A DNA stretch of 63,847 bases, counting the filler, from Octopus bimaculoides (Eukaryota), in assembly GCF_001194135.2 (NCBI RefSeq). It is 5 parts of 4 records of this genome, joined end to end, with 100 filler letters (N's around TTAATTAATTAA, not from the genome) between each part and the next. Parts side by side here need not be neighbours in the genome. Positions count along the whole stretch, not along the records: positions 40,563 to 49,435 come from NC_068991.1; positions 49,536 to 59,935 come from NC_068989.1; positions 60,036 to 63,847 come from NC_068982.1; 2 more parts are not named here. The stretch is one strand, 5' to 3'. Shown piece by piece: positions 47,576 through 60,795 of this stretch. The notes under the pieces were generated by a model. That model saw only the letters and a list, made by a program, of their open reading frames with translations, was not told where the DNA came from and made no database searches. Each line of letters starts with the position of its first letter. The stretch's first letter is position 1. The position numbers and the translations under genes were made by a program.

Positions 47576-48929
47576 AGGATAACGGTTAGGATGGGAACTC
47601 TTATGACCTTTACGGTAAAGAAAAGTAAAACAGACAAACAAGCACACACACACACAAACACACAAACAAACACTCACACACACACACACCCATACACTCA
47701 CAAAGAAACTAAAATATTTGGAAAACCTTAAGAAAGTTTATATTTAAATATCACACTTCGATGGCGTTCGAATTATGTCAAATTGAAATATAGATCTTTA
47801 AGAGAAGAGGAGAAGAAGAAAGAGGAGGAGAGAGAGGAGGAGGAGGAGGAGGAGAAGGAGTAAGGAGATAGCTATGAAGGGATGATTGGTTAGATGAAAT
47901 ATGTTCTGTAATTATTTATGTCGTTGACCAAATAAGGAGAAACTTATTTTAGAAATATACTGGTTTATCTGTATATTTAGCAATTACAACACTTTTATAG
48001 TTTCTGCCTTTCTACGCTAAAGATGATTTGCATATGTAAGTGTTCATATGCGAATATAAGCGTGGCAACGTTTGTAGTTAAAATTATAAGAAAATATATC
48101 TGTGTCTTTCTGAATATAAATGTATGTTTGTGTAAATATATATTTATAACTGTATGTGTTAATGCGAGTTTGTGCGTGTGTGTGTGTATATGTATGTGTG
48201 TTTGTGTGTCTGTGTCTGTGTGTGTTTGTGTGTGTGGACAAGCTAGTATTTCTCCAGCTTATAGTATCATGTTCAAATTCTGACAATATGTAATTGGTCC
48301 ATACATTTGTGATATATGTAAATATATTTATATCTGTGTGACCGATATTTAGAAGGATAACTAGCTTGCTATCTAGGTAACTATATATATTTATGGCTAT
48401 AATATGTATCAATATCTATAGCATTATGTGTGTATGTATGTATGTGTACATATCTATGTATGAAAGAAAAAGATAGAGAACGAGGAACACAGCGAAAGAG
48501 GGAAAGAGACGGAGAGAGAGAGAGAGAGAGAAGGACAGAGAGAGACAGAAAACCAAGACTATATCAGCCGTAGCTTGTGGTAATTATAATAGATCACGAG
48601 AATGCTACTTCATTTAGTCACAGATTTGATATTTCTCCACGACTTGCCTAAATATATTATCTATAAAATGTTTCTCCGATTCTCCTTATTTACTAATCGA
48701 TGCTTTACTGTCATTTTAAAAAGCTCATATTTTAATATATTTCATATGATTCATGTCATATTTCATTGTTTCGACATTTCTTATCTTTCTCACTTTTGAG
48801 AAAGATAAGTGTATATATATATGTGTGAATGAATTTGAATGAATATTTTGTGAATGAATTTGAAATCTGAGACAACATTCGTTCATTCACTTCGATTTAG
48901 TTTTGCCTCTTAATATCAATTCGGAGAGG

Positions 48930-49337
48930 AGGCAACACGCTGGCGGGAACGTCAGCACGTCGCATATAAACGCTTTGTGGCACTTTGTTGGTCCTTGCAT
49001 TCTGAGCTAAGATACCGCCGGGGTCGACTTTGCCTTTCATCTTTTCAGTACCAGCTGAACATTGGGGTTCGACGCAATCGACTTATCCCCTCCCTCGAAT
49101 CTACTGATCTATTCGGAGAGGAGGGCGGTGAGCTGGTAGAATTGTTACCCCACCCCCCGGGCAAAATGCTTAGCGCCATTTCGTCCGTCTTTACATTCTG
49201 AGTTCAAATTCTGTCGCGATTAACTTTGCCTTTCGTCCTTTTGGGGTTCGATAAAAAGTATCAGTTGACTTAACACCTTCCTTGTTGGTCTTGTGCCAAA
49301 TTGTTGGTCTTGTGCCAAAATTTGAAACCAATATTTC
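48930..49337 (+). mobile_element. Two tandem SINE family A copies
   Basis: Monomers at ~48930-49100 and ~49122-49335; TTCGGAGAGG at 48920, 49112 and 49338. Confidence 0.85.
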
Positions 49338-50169
49338 TTCGGAGAGGTACCTATAGTACAAGCATCATAAGATGGGACCGCCATCCGTTGTGTTTTGGGG
49401 GTGTTTTTTATTATTATTATTATTTATCATCTTCTNNNNNNNNNNNNNNNNNNNNNNNNNNNNNNNNNNNNNNNNNNNNTTAATTAATTAANNNNNNNNN
49501 NNNNNNNNNNNNNNNNNNNNNNNNNNNNNNNNNNNAGGGTGATAAATTGAATGTTAATTCAATTTAAAACCAAGTGGCCTAGCATATAAAAAATCTGAAA
49601 ATTCATTGTTTTTGTTATTTTTTTTTGGGGGGGGGCATGACAATGGTGTGATGTGGTCATCACTGAAAGGCTTTTTGTTTTCTTTCTCTCTCCCCATCTT
49701 TCTTCCCATCTTTCTTTTCCCTTTTCTTCCTTTTTTCTCCCCTTTCTTTCTTTTTTCCTATCTGAGTTATATTTAGAATACAAAATGTACTGTCTCCGCT
49801 TTTCTTTCAAACATTCAATTTCGGAGAGAATTTTTTTGAATGTTTAAAGGTAAAGCAGAGAATTTAGGTTTTTTTTTTTTTTTCCAAATGTGGCTCATCT
49901 CTACAAATGTTCAGAACTACAATTCATCAGAAAATTATCTCCAAAAAAACTTAATGTGATACTTAGCCCAAAGTAAGGAAACCTCTCTAGTGACAGTTAG
50001 GAACAAGGGAATATTGAAAGCAGAGAAAAAAGGTAAAAACAAAGGAAGAAGTGCAGAAAGGACACGAAGAAGAATTACGCAAGAAGGGGCTACACAATCA
50101 ATTCCATGCAGCCACAACAGAAGTTGCTGAATAAAAATAAGTGGTATTCGCTGATGAAAGGAACGCTAA

Positions 50170-50410
50170 AAAAAGATACCAAAAGCACTATACTGGTCCG
50201 GTCTGTTATGCTCTTGCACCTGATCTGTTTGGATTGGGAAATCCGCTACTGACTCCGCTACTCTCTGCCGTTTGTCCTCATACCAAGTCTTGCCTCTCTC
50301 TAGCCCCAACTTTTCGCACAGTTTCCAATGTAGCACTTGCGCTACTCGATCGTGTCGTCACAACTTGTAGTGGTTTGGGGGCAAGTCTAGGGCGTTCGTT
50401 CGTTCGTGAT
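50170..50410 (-). mobile_element. RLE (R4-like) LINE fragment
   Basis: LAPNHYKL*RHDRVAQVLHWKLCEKLGLERGKTWYEDK..DFPIQTDQVQEHNRPD. Confidence 0.85.
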
Positions 50411-50414
50411 ATGC

Positions 50415-50700
50415 GCAATGGTTTCATCCACTCTTTTGCAGATGCGGCACAGCGGAAACACTTGCTCATTCCTAAGGTCGACTCTCCAAGATCAGAGCTT
50501 ATTGACCCTGAACTATCAAGCCAATGTAATGAAAAATGGTTTACACCCAAAGTGCCGATAATGCAACGATGAGATAGAAACAGTCTACCTCCTAATCTCT
50601 GAATGTGAGATTTTAGCATCAGTAGAGTACAAATCAAGACATAACAGAGTTGACCAATATCTACATTGGATAATGTGTCGGCAACTTACCACACAGCAAC
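50415..50700 (+). mobile_element. RLE (R4-like) LINE zinc-knuckle fragment
   Basis: PKCR*CNDEIETVYLLISECEILASVEYKSRHNRVDQYLHWIMC. Confidence 0.85.
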
Positions 50701-51364
50701 TCCTGCGCCTATTTGTTTACTTATTTATTTTTATTTTTTCCTTTTTCTCTCTGTCTTCCCCCTTTTTCATTATCACATGTCTGTAAATGAACAATCTGGC
50801 TTGCTTGTTTTAATGGCCTACCAACGTATACAGTACATTTCTCTGCCCTAGGTGTCAGGAAGACACTCGGCAAGAAGTGGAAGCAAGAGATTGAAAGAAT
50901 ATGCTGGTGAAAATAAGAACAAGAATAATAGTAGCAACAACAACAACAACCATAATAATTGTCCCCACAGCCTTTTCTGTAATCCATGTCTCAAATAATA
51001 AATGTGATATTCTCACCCTTTCTTTTATTAATCGTACCACACAAATATATTTGATGAAAGAAGTATTCTCACTTTATTCAATCGTTTTCTTTTATAAAAA
51101 CACCGTTTTATTTTCAATCGATTGTCTTATATAAGAATATTTTTTTAACTGTTTCTTTTAAATTCAATAAATGCAAAGACGCAAATGAAAGAACATGTCA
51201 TTCTTTCGTCTTTGTTTGACACAAAGATTTATTCACACATACAGTGAAGCATATACACAGGAATACAAAGCTGTTACAAAATATTTTGTGATCAAATAAA
51301 ACTGTACAAGAAACATAATAGAAAAGCAGGTTATGAAGCCATAAATGTATTAAGACATGCTTAG

Positions 51365-51695
51365 GAAAAAAATGGAGTCTTTATTCAATTTTGTTTCTTG
51401 CACAATATATTATGATAGATATGTTTAATAGCTTGCTTTGTTATACAAATAAAACACTTTATACATACATACATACATACATACATACATACATACATAC
51501 ATACATACGCGCACAAGTACATACATTCATATATATGTGTCTCAAGTCTGCCTCGTGTCTAAAAAAAAAAATGGAGTCTTTATTCAANNNNNNNNNNTGT
51601 TTCTTACACAATATATTATGATAGATATATTTAATGGCTTGCTTATACATATAAAACACTTTATACATACATACATACATACATACATACATACA

Positions 51696-51729
<34 letters not shown>

Positions 51730-51785
51730 GACACACGCACAAGTACATACATTCATATGTATGTGTCTAAAGTCTGCCTCGTGTC
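51365..51785. repeat. ~200-bp diverged tandem duplication containing (ATAC)n
   Basis: AAAAAAATGGAGTCTTTATTCAA starts both units; several substitutions and indels separate the copies. Confidence 0.85.
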
Positions 51786-52232
51786 TAGACGCCTCATGAA
51801 GCTGGAGTTAAACAGTGCTTTCGAGGCATTTAGATCATTGATGGTAACAAGGTCTCCCTTGAACAAAGTGCAAGCCCGTCACGTGGTTAACCTCCAGGTG
51901 CCGCTGGGACTCATTTTTAACTGCGTGGGCTAGAGTAATGTGAAATAGAAATGCCTCGCTCGAAATCCAAGGACGCAACTCGCCTCCCAATTCGAAAATC
52001 AAACTCATAACCTACTGATTAATCCCTATACAAAAAAAAACTAGGCCACACTCCTTTATATGTGTGTGTGTATATGTGTGTGTATGTGTTTGTGTGTGTG
52101 CATGTGTACGCTTGCCCGCGTGTGTACGTGCATGCGCGTGTAATTATTTATACACACAACGCAGAGATGTTGTTTGACCAACACTGCTTGCACAGACCTA
52201 TGACCAACAGCCTTACAAGTCTCACTATGATG

Positions 52233-52450
52233 CTTCTTCTTTTCTACTCTAGGGACAAGGCGCAAACTTTTGGGAAGGGGGCCAGTCGATTAGATCGACC
52301 CCAGTACGCAACTGGTACTTAATTCATCGACCCTGAAAGGATGACAGGCAAAGTCGACCTCGGCGGAATTTGAACTCAGAACGTAACGGCAGACGAAATA
52401 CCGCTAAGCATTTCGCCCGGCGTGCTAACGTTTCTGCCAGCTCACCGACT
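52233..52450 (-). mobile_element. Young full-length SINE family A monomer
   Basis: Intact A/B boxes; TSD TCACTATGATG (52222-32) / TCACCATGATG (52451-61). Confidence 0.95.
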
Positions 52451-52714
52451 TCACCATGATGTTTATTGAGGTGCTAAGTAAACTCTTATAAAGCCAATGT
52501 CATTTCTCTTCATGCAACAATATATGTGTGTGTGTGGGAGGAAGAGAGAGAGAGAAAAAAAAGAGAGAGACATTGTGCCTATGTGAATATATGTTTATAT
52601 ATACAATGAACCTGTGTGAATATATCGTATATATGCAAACAGCAAAATTAAAACGACTGCCAATAGTCAGTTTTGGCAAGAACTCTATTTATTGGATAAA
52701 CTAAGAGTATAGAA

Positions 52715-52795
52715 CAGCGGTTTCCAACCTTTTCACGATGGTTCCCAACAGTGGTTCGCCACCCTTTTATTTAAATAAGTTTTCGCACGGACTCC
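52715..52795 (+). mobile_element. hAT-like terminal fragment
   Basis: CAGCGGTTTCCAACCTTTT resembles Charlie-type TIRs; no partner end found. Confidence 0.35.
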
Positions 52796-52930
52796 TTTTA
52801 ATATGCTTATTCTTAAGTGTGTGTGTATACACACACACACACACACACATATATATATNNNNNNNNNNNNNNNNNNNNNNNNNNNNNNNNNNNNNNNNNN
52901 NNNNNNNNNNNNNNNNNNNNNNNNNNNNNN

Positions 52931-52961
<31 letters not shown>

Positions 52962-53298
52962 TATATGTATGTATGTATGAAATATAACGTGTCTTGAATG
53001 GCATAACAATACAGAGTAGACTTCAATAACTGTTATAATTTAATTATTCATAGTCTGATATAATATTTCGAAATATAAAAATTCCTTCTTCAGATATCTT
53101 GTGAATCACCTTAACTTATCAGAGAGATAGATATGTAGATAATAGATAAATATTTTTACGAGAACATTCGGAGGCATTTGCCCTAAAGAAATTAAAAGGG
53201 TATTATATATATATGTGTGTGTCTGTATATGTGTGTGCATAAATACACACACAGGTATGGTGATGCAAACAGGAAAAATAGGACTCAAAATTTGAGTA

Positions 53299-53773
53299 CC
53301 GTAAATCCTTGAGTATTAATCCACATTTTTCCCCCAAAATTTAAAGGTCAAAAACCCTAGTGCGCACTATATACGAGGTTAGAAATGAAAAATATTTTCT
53401 AAGCAATGTCCGAGTCTCTATTTACTATCCAGCAATGTTTATTCAGACGCATTTTGTGATGTCGGACACGAAAATACCTTAAGCTAATACCATAAGCTAT
53501 ATTTATTTTTCACTGACGTTATTACTGTTATTTCTTTATTTTTTGCAAAGTGCACAAAAAAGCTACACGTTTGCATTATGTTATAAATACAATAATAATA
53601 AAGGACGTTACCGTATATACGTTTACAAACCAAGGACGTTATATAGACCTCCTTGACTCAAGTTAGAGAAGGGGTGCGTATTATACACAAGGTTTAGGTT
53701 TTTTAGAGGTACAGCCCCCTAAAAATCCCCTGCGTATTGTACTCAAGGGCGGACTATACTCGAGGATTTACGG
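53299..53773. mobile_element. pogo/Tc2-like MITE, 475 bp
   Basis: TA-CCGTAAATCCTTGAGTATTAATCC ... GGACTATACTCGAGGATTTACGG-TA. Confidence 0.9.
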
Positions 53774-54707
53774 TATCTGTATATTTTCATTAATAGTAAC
53801 AGAATGACTCATGGGCTGAGAGTTTCGTGTGTTGGCTCTTATCAGAGCAGACTATATATGTACGCGCGTGTGAGCGTTCGTCAGTGTGTATTGGTACATT
53901 AAAATTAAAATAAACGAAGAAAACACCATTGTCCAATGAGCAACTTCTTATTGTCTTTGTCTTCACATGCTTAGCCTCGTGACTGATGTTGTTGCTGTTA
54001 TCGTTGTTGTAATGATGACAACGGTGGTATTAAGTTATTGTTATTGAAAGTGGTAGAGGCAGTGTTGTTGCATTTTAATAGAGTTTATTGTTTTGTTCTT
54101 AGTCTCTGGTTAGACCAGACTGAGCCGGCTATGATCGAAGGCATTCCAACAGCGACCATCCCGTCTCCCCCCCCCCTATGTACAGAAGACTGCATAATTC
54201 AAAGTGTCTGTAAAACTGTAAGATTTTGTTCAAGGGAGATTTTGGCTGCTATTTCTTGCAGGTCGAGTGACCACATAGCAGTTTTCCCGTTATCCATTGT
54301 ATTGCAGTAACTGGTGGTGGTNNNNNNNNNNNNNNNNNNNNNNNNNNNNNNNNNNNNNNNNNNNNNNNNNNNNNNNNNNNNNNNNNNNNNNNNNNNNNNN
54401 NNNNNNNNNNNNNNNNNNNNNNNNNNNNNNNNNNNNNNNNNNNNNNNNNNNNNNNNNNNNNNNNNNNNNNNNNNNNNNNNNNNNNNNNNNNNNNNNNNNN
54501 NNNNNNNNNNNNNNNNNNNNNNNNNNNNNNNNNNNNNNNNNNNNNNNNNNNNNNNNNNNNNNNNNNNNNNNNNNNNNNNNNNNNNNNNNNNNNNNNNNNN
54601 NNNNNNNNNNNNNNNNNNNNNNNNNNNNNNNAAAAAAAAAAAAAAAAAAAAAATACAGAAAAAAAAAAAACTGGACTGCTTGGAACCAACAAAGAAAACG
54701 CCTATAT

Positions 54708-54979
54708 CAGTGATGGCGAACGTTTTTCGCACGGCACGTCTACGTTTTTATTGCTTTAACAATCCGGTTTTATCGTTGGATTACATACATGTATACAAGT
54801 AGTTTACCTTTATGTAAACAGTTATAGATAAGCTTTTGTATAGCATGATATTGTAAAGAATATTATATATTGTTTTTTCCTTTTCATAGTCCATCGCGTG
54901 ACACCTAAAAATCCGAAGCATTTCACTATCAACATCTATGTTTTGCAATCACACGTGTGTCATTGGTTCGTCATTACCA
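54708..54979. mobile_element. Possible hAT MITE
   Basis: CAGTGATGGCGAAC at left and GGTTCGTCATTACCA at right (11/15 match to the expected TIR); 8-bp TSD not convincing. Confidence 0.4.
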
Positions 54980-55849
54980 CTCTTTGTAGTCGCGTGACTT
55001 CTCAGAAGTAGCAAACAATTTCCTCTTAAATTCACACCCTACCGTCCTAAAAAAAAAAAAGATGGGTTGATCAAAGTCAAAACAACAACATAGAGAAGGG
55101 CGTGGGGGGATGATAGTGTGTTATAGTTTGAGGTATTTTCTTAAGAAAATCATAAGGAAGCCGTACCGGATAATGTATGCCTGAAGAATAAAAACTGAAA
55201 AGAAAATAATAAATCGGATACATATTGCCAAACTGATTTTGCAGGCAGATGTTTTCAAACTGGATTGGACCGGGGCTAAACAGCCTCAGTAAAACACATG
55301 AAACACAACTACACTTGCTTGAAAATAGAATCTCACTACTGAGACGCTCTTTGTAATTCGTACATAATTTTTTAAAGGTGGGTATATAAACTCTAACAAG
55401 AAAAAAAAAGTCAAGGGAGATAATTCCAACAATCTCATATAATTGAAATTTGTGGAAAGGTAAAGATCATGCATATCGTAGTAGTAGCTTATTTAAACTT
55501 TATTTTATAGATAACTTTTCATAGCAGGATGTTTGTCTACAACTTTACAACTAAGTAGCGAATTGGCAGGATTGCTAGAAGCTTCAGGTAGAATACTTTG
55601 CGTTATTTCTTCAAGTACTCTGCAGCAGTGTAGCCCGGTCTGCTTTTTTTGGGGTTCCCTGTATTAGCTTACAAAAGATTGACAGCCCGGTAATAGCAGA
55701 GCGGCAAACTCGAAGGCTGTGTCGAGCCTCACATACTCTAGTTATACCACTGATCTTCTGCTCTCTGAATTCAAATCCAGCCGAAGTCGACTTAGCCTAT
55801 CATTCTTTCAGGTTTCGATAAAACAAAATGTATCGAAATGTGAAAGGAA

Positions 55850-55950
55850 GTGTCTTGCTCAAGCATACAACGCACCGCTCGGTCCAGGAATCGAACCCAT
55901 TATCTAACAATCGTGAGTGCAACACCCTAACCACTAGGCTATGCGCCTTC
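55850..55950 (-). mobile_element. tRNA-derived SINE head (family D/C-like)
   Basis: Minus strand GGCGCATAGCCTAGTGGTTAGGGTGTTGCACTCACG..GGGTTCGATTCCTGGACCG..TTGAGCAAGACAC. Confidence 0.8.
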
Positions 55951-56294
55951 ACACCTGAGTATGTATATATACATGTGTGTATGTGTGTTTGTGTAAGTAT
56001 ATATATATGTATGTGTGTGTGTGTGTGTGTGTAAGTATATATATACGTCTGTGTGTTTGTGTGTGTGTAAGTATACATATGCGTCTCTGTATTTGTGTTT
56101 GTGTGAAAGAGAGAGAGTGCGCGCGCGCGTGTGCATATGTCTTCGAAGTATGTAAAAATCACAACAAAGAAAATTGAAAAGCGTGTACTTTTCCTTCAAA
56201 GTTTCTGTGATGTTTGTTCTGCCGCGAGGAGACACTGGTTACACTTGCCGACAGAATTGCAATGAACCAATATCGCTTTTGTTCAGCAAATGCC

Positions 56295-56465
56295 AGCTGG
56301 CTGAGTCGTTAACCCACCTGACAAAATGCTTAACGGCTATTTCTTTCGTTTTAGACTCTGAGTTCAAATTCCGCTGAGATCGGCTTTGCTTTTTCATCCT
56401 TTTTGGGGTTATAAAACAAGTACCAGTTGAACGCCTCGGTCGATCTAATCGAAGAACACCCCATA
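56295..56465 (+). mobile_element. SINE family A copy (shorter fragments also at 16345-16430, 25265-25370, 55755-55830, 56590-56635)
   Basis: GCTGGCTGAGTCGTTAAC..AAATGCTTAACGG..CTGAGTTCAAATTCCGC..AAGTACCAGTTG. Confidence 0.82.
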
Positions 56466-57864
56466 AAAAATAATTTCAGATATTGTAGAAAGAAAAAAAA
56501 ATGAAGCCCAGTTTTGAGAAGAGAGAATATAGTCAACGCTATCGATTCCAATATTTGATTGGCATTCCCTTCTATCGTTTCTAGAATGATGAAAAACAAA
56601 GTTGACCTCCCCTCGGTGGGATCTGAATTCATGGCGCAAAGAAGTGAAATAATAATAATAATAGTAGTAGTTATAAGCGACTTATACCACCAATGCATAT
56701 ACGGCGGTAATTCATAATAACAACATGCAAACTTATTTTACTGGGTTTTGTTTAATATAGGTCATTAGAAATTTCCACTGCGTCAAATTTCTTTTCTCTT
56801 TGAAGCAGCATATCAAAATTCAAGTTTATTTAACATAACATTCCAACAAAACACTAGTATCAACTAGTAACATATATAAAAAAAACTTTACATAATAGAT
56901 TTATTTGTTGCAGATATTTGAAAAATAATACTCCATTCTTTAAAAAAAAGCCAACACTTTGGACCATGTAGGCACTGATATGCGGTCAGACAGGATGTCC
57001 GTGATTGGAATATCTCTGATCATAGGTTCGTTGAATTACGATTGACTTGGGCTAAACGACAATACACACGCACACACAGGCACACACACACACACATACA
57101 CACGCACGCGCGCACATAAATACAGAGATGCAGACACACAGACAGATAAGGGAAGAAAAAGAGAGAAAGAGTAGCTAGGTCGTTCCGTGGGAACTACTAG
57201 TAACAAGTAACAAGCAATCCACATCGTTTGTTACTAGTCTGGTCGCTGGCCGGCGACTAAACCAGCTCACCCACCAGACCATCTTGATGGAGCGGGTTGC
57301 AAGAAACTCTGCAGGTAAAAACCAAGACCTATAAAAAGGACAGGGGGCTCAGAATAAGGTCAATAGTAACCAGGGAGTTATAAGGCGCAGAGATATAGAA
57401 AAAACCCGAGATGACTAACGAGCGCGCTGTAAATCCATACTGAAGAAATGGAACTCCTCTTGTTTTCGCCAGAATATTTGTTTATGAAAGCAGTAGAGCT
57501 CCTTAGCTCCGGTGGCTGCCAAACTCTGAATTCAAACTTCTGCTGATCTGTGAATGACTGGAAGATGAAATATTCTGTTATAAACCTTGAAAATTCGGCA
57601 TGATGCGATTGCCTCATCTTTTTATGCATTTAGAAACCCATAGTTTTACTCGCACATGTGGTGTAAGCTCATTAACAATAAACTTACGCACGAGTAAGAC
57701 GGGGTTACTTTCAAGTCCTTTAACGATGAGGATTTGGGCGATGCATACATGTTTCACAATTTAAGAAGATCAAAATTTCCCTCATTGACGGACTAGAACT
57801 TCTCGTTAGCAAACACAAAGGAGCACATTGGACTTCTTAAAGTTTAGAAGGAACGGGTACAGAT

Positions 57865-57934
57865 CAGAGGTTGACCCGACACGACCAAGGCTTTTTGAGT
57901 GAATTTCTTAGACGGAAACCGAAAGAAGCCTGTC

Positions 57935-57993
<59 letters not shown>

Positions 57994-58055
57994 TGTATGT
58001 GTGGTGTGTCTTTTTGTTTGAGCCTGTGTTTGTCTCCTACTATCGCTTGACATCA
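57865..58055 (+). mobile_element. CORE-like SINE family B, partial copy spanning the internal microsatellite
   Basis: ACCAAGGCTTTTTGAGTGAATTTCTTAGACGGAAACCGAAAGAAGCCTGTCG, then (TA)n(TATG)n, then TGTGTTTGTCTCCTACTATCGCTTGACA. Confidence 0.8.
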
Positions 58056-58180
58056 ATTAGGATAGAAAATCGATTAAGGCGCCTCATACTTTTTTTTCCC
58101 GATCTACAGAGAAATAAGTAAATTTGACGTGATTATCGTCCACTAAATACGTTTTCTCTCTCCTTCTCCCCGTCTGTCTG

Positions 58181-58213
<33 letters not shown>

Positions 58214-59479
58214 CACACTCAGACACACACATTCACACACGCACACTCACTCACACTCTCTCTCTTATACACACACATACGCATGCACCCATATACACAC
58301 ACACGCACACGCACAAAAGCGGGCGTACATATATGAATTATATATGTATGTATATATATATTATACACGTGAATGCATATACGTATATATATGTGTGTGT
58401 GTGTGTGTGCGTGTGTGTCAGTGTATGTGTGTATGTATGTATGTACGTATGCATGCATGTATGTATGTATGTTTGAATGTATATATATATCAACTGGTTT
58501 GATATCAAATGCGTAGTCACATGTACGCTTATATATTTTTTTGCATTATACCTTTATATGGTCACCGATTTACACGGGAATTCACCGATTAAGCATTTCC
58601 TTCTGCTAGAAAACATAAATACAGGGTGGCCCAAAAGTAGGTTTACAGTCATCATGTAGGCACCTTAAATTTCTTTTAAAACATTTTATTACATTTAAAT
58701 TTCTATCTTACAAACTGAAAAGGGAGCTTGACAAAATTCACTAAATTAGCATAGAATAATGTTATTTAATTCTTGCTCTCTAAAGAGATATTTGATGAAA
58801 TATGTGAAAAATGAAGAACATTTTTCAAATTTTCTTCTGCAAAATATGTCACTGGGAGTGTTTCCGTTTCCGTGACACAAAGAGCAGTTTTTTTCCCAAA
58901 GCCGTTGGGTAAAACCGATTTCCGCTGTTAAGGATAATATAATTTTGAGCTGATACAGCGCAATCCGCGATCAAAGGTTCATCATTAAATTATTTAAATG
59001 TATTTCCATGAAACCGGGTTACAGGAACTCGATTCTAGGAAGTGAAATCTTTTACCAAACAGGTAAAACAATGAAATTATTCAGTGACTCGTATCTGAAA
59101 TTTGCGAATTACTGAAGTTCTTCCCGATTTTGTGAATACCAATACATAATAAAACGAAAACATGACTTTGTGGTTCGCCTCGCTACATCAGAGTTCCGGG
59201 TTCGAACACATAGCGTAGAAACTTCTCCGCAATTGAATGTTACTATAACCTCATGTTGATAAACTAATAAGCGAGTCCTATAAGTGGTAATTTGACTCGC
59301 TAGGAATAGTAAACAAATCTTCTAAACGAGGGGTTGGCAGTCATCATATATCATTAACCCCTTCATGGAATCGTTGATAAGTTATCGACATCCATCATGT
59401 AAATGTTTAAAATAAAGTCAAAAAGTATAATTAATAAAAACTTTCTTCATTTAAAAAGAATTTACTCTTTCATTCTTTT

Positions 59480-59790
59480 ATGAATCATGTCCGGCATCGC
59501 ATTGCGAGACAAGAAAATCAAAGCCCGGATTCAACAGCAGAAGAAAGTCGACATCATAAGAACCATGAAAGTGAACGAATATGGGTGGCCTGGCCACATC
59601 GAACGACTGAAGGACAACAGATGAGCATTCAGGGTGATCGAATAGACACGTAGACAATGGACAAGATAGAGCCGCCAACCAAAGATAAGATGGCGAGATG
59701 ATATCACGCGCTAGCTGAGGCCTACATGGCCGAGACTGGCCAAAGACAGACAGCAATGGAAAGATTCCTCTTTCAAGAGCGATGAAGCCC
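59480..59790 (+). mobile_element. RTE-clade LINE 3' end with (ATT)n tail
   Basis: MSGIALRDKK..GWPGHIERLKDNR*..RQPKIRWRDDI..WPRLAKDRQQW. Confidence 0.85.
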
Positions 59791-59798
59791 TGGATATG

Positions 59799-59837
<39 letters not shown>

Positions 59838-59840
<3 letters not shown>

Positions 59841-59935
59841 TTATGTTTGACTTTTGTTTTGCATTTGTACAAGTTGGATCCAAGTCTCACCCAGAGACCT
59901 CAAGAGACAACAAGTTAGAAGTTCATGTAGGTGTT
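59838..59935 (-). mobile_element. 3'-end fragment homologous to 4931-5037 (putative RLE-LINE 3' UTR)
   Basis: Reverse complement GAACTTCTAACTTGTTGTCTCTTGAGGTCTCTGGGTGAGAC..AAAAGTCAAACAT followed by (AAT)n. Confidence 0.8.
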
Positions 59936-60761
59936 NNNNNNNNNNNNNNNNNNNNNNNNNNNNNNNNNNNNNNNNNNNNTTAATTAATTAANNNNNNNNN
60001 NNNNNNNNNNNNNNNNNNNNNNNNNNNNNNNNNNNATAGGGATTAGTGAACGTTTGTCCTTAGAAAAAAGGATACGAAATGCCTAATGAGAATATTCTAT
60101 CAAAGACTCAAGCTTTTTCATACAAAAATGAAAATAGTGTTATAAAAAAATATAGTTTCAAAAATAACAATAAATGACGACTACATCATATATTAGCGCT
60201 CAGCTTTATCAAAATCCTAACACAATCAACTAAAACTATTTTAGCTGAATTGGCTTATCGCCATTCAATATCAGCCAGTAATCCACCAAAAAGCACGCAT
60301 ACTCAAACATATTCAAACTTTACTACGACAGGTTTCTCCCAATACATAGAGGCACACAACGCTGTGTCTGGCTATGTATGCTTCTCCAAAAGACAGTTTT
60401 TGGTTTGGGGCATTTTCGTTTCTAATTCTATCTTTTGGCAGTGTGAAAAAATAAGGAAAACAAAATAGGCGCGGATCCTTCTAGACCTAAGAAAATTGAT
60501 GGCGAAAACTTAGGTAAGTGACCCACTATTTCAGCTGGTCAATTATGTGTGCGTGTGTACACGCGCGCACCTATATCACTGCTGTATGGAGATCGATCGC
60601 CTTGGAAGGTCGATCGCCTTGAACGAATCTTCAAAATGATCATAATTAATTTGATTTTTGTTAATCGCAAACCCGTTGGTTTATGGGAATCAGTTTTAAG
60701 TAATCAGAATCTCCATTTGGTCAAAATCCTGGCCGCACATATGCATATATGCACACAGGTA

Positions 60762-60795
<34 letters not shown>

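Noticed and set aside
50151-50157. CTGATGA heptamer
   Set aside because: No downstream GAAA or stems; lies beside an RLE fragment.
57195-57345. 11-bp inverted repeat (ACTAGTAACAA/TTGTTACTAGT) and CTATAAAAAGG TATA-like motif
   Set aside because: Suggestive of an LTR or promoter remnant, but no second LTR, TG..CA ends or other support.
58622-58650. TACAGGGTGGCCCAAAAGTAGG Tc1/mariner-like TIR
   Set aside because: No partner TIR or transposase sequence seen nearby.
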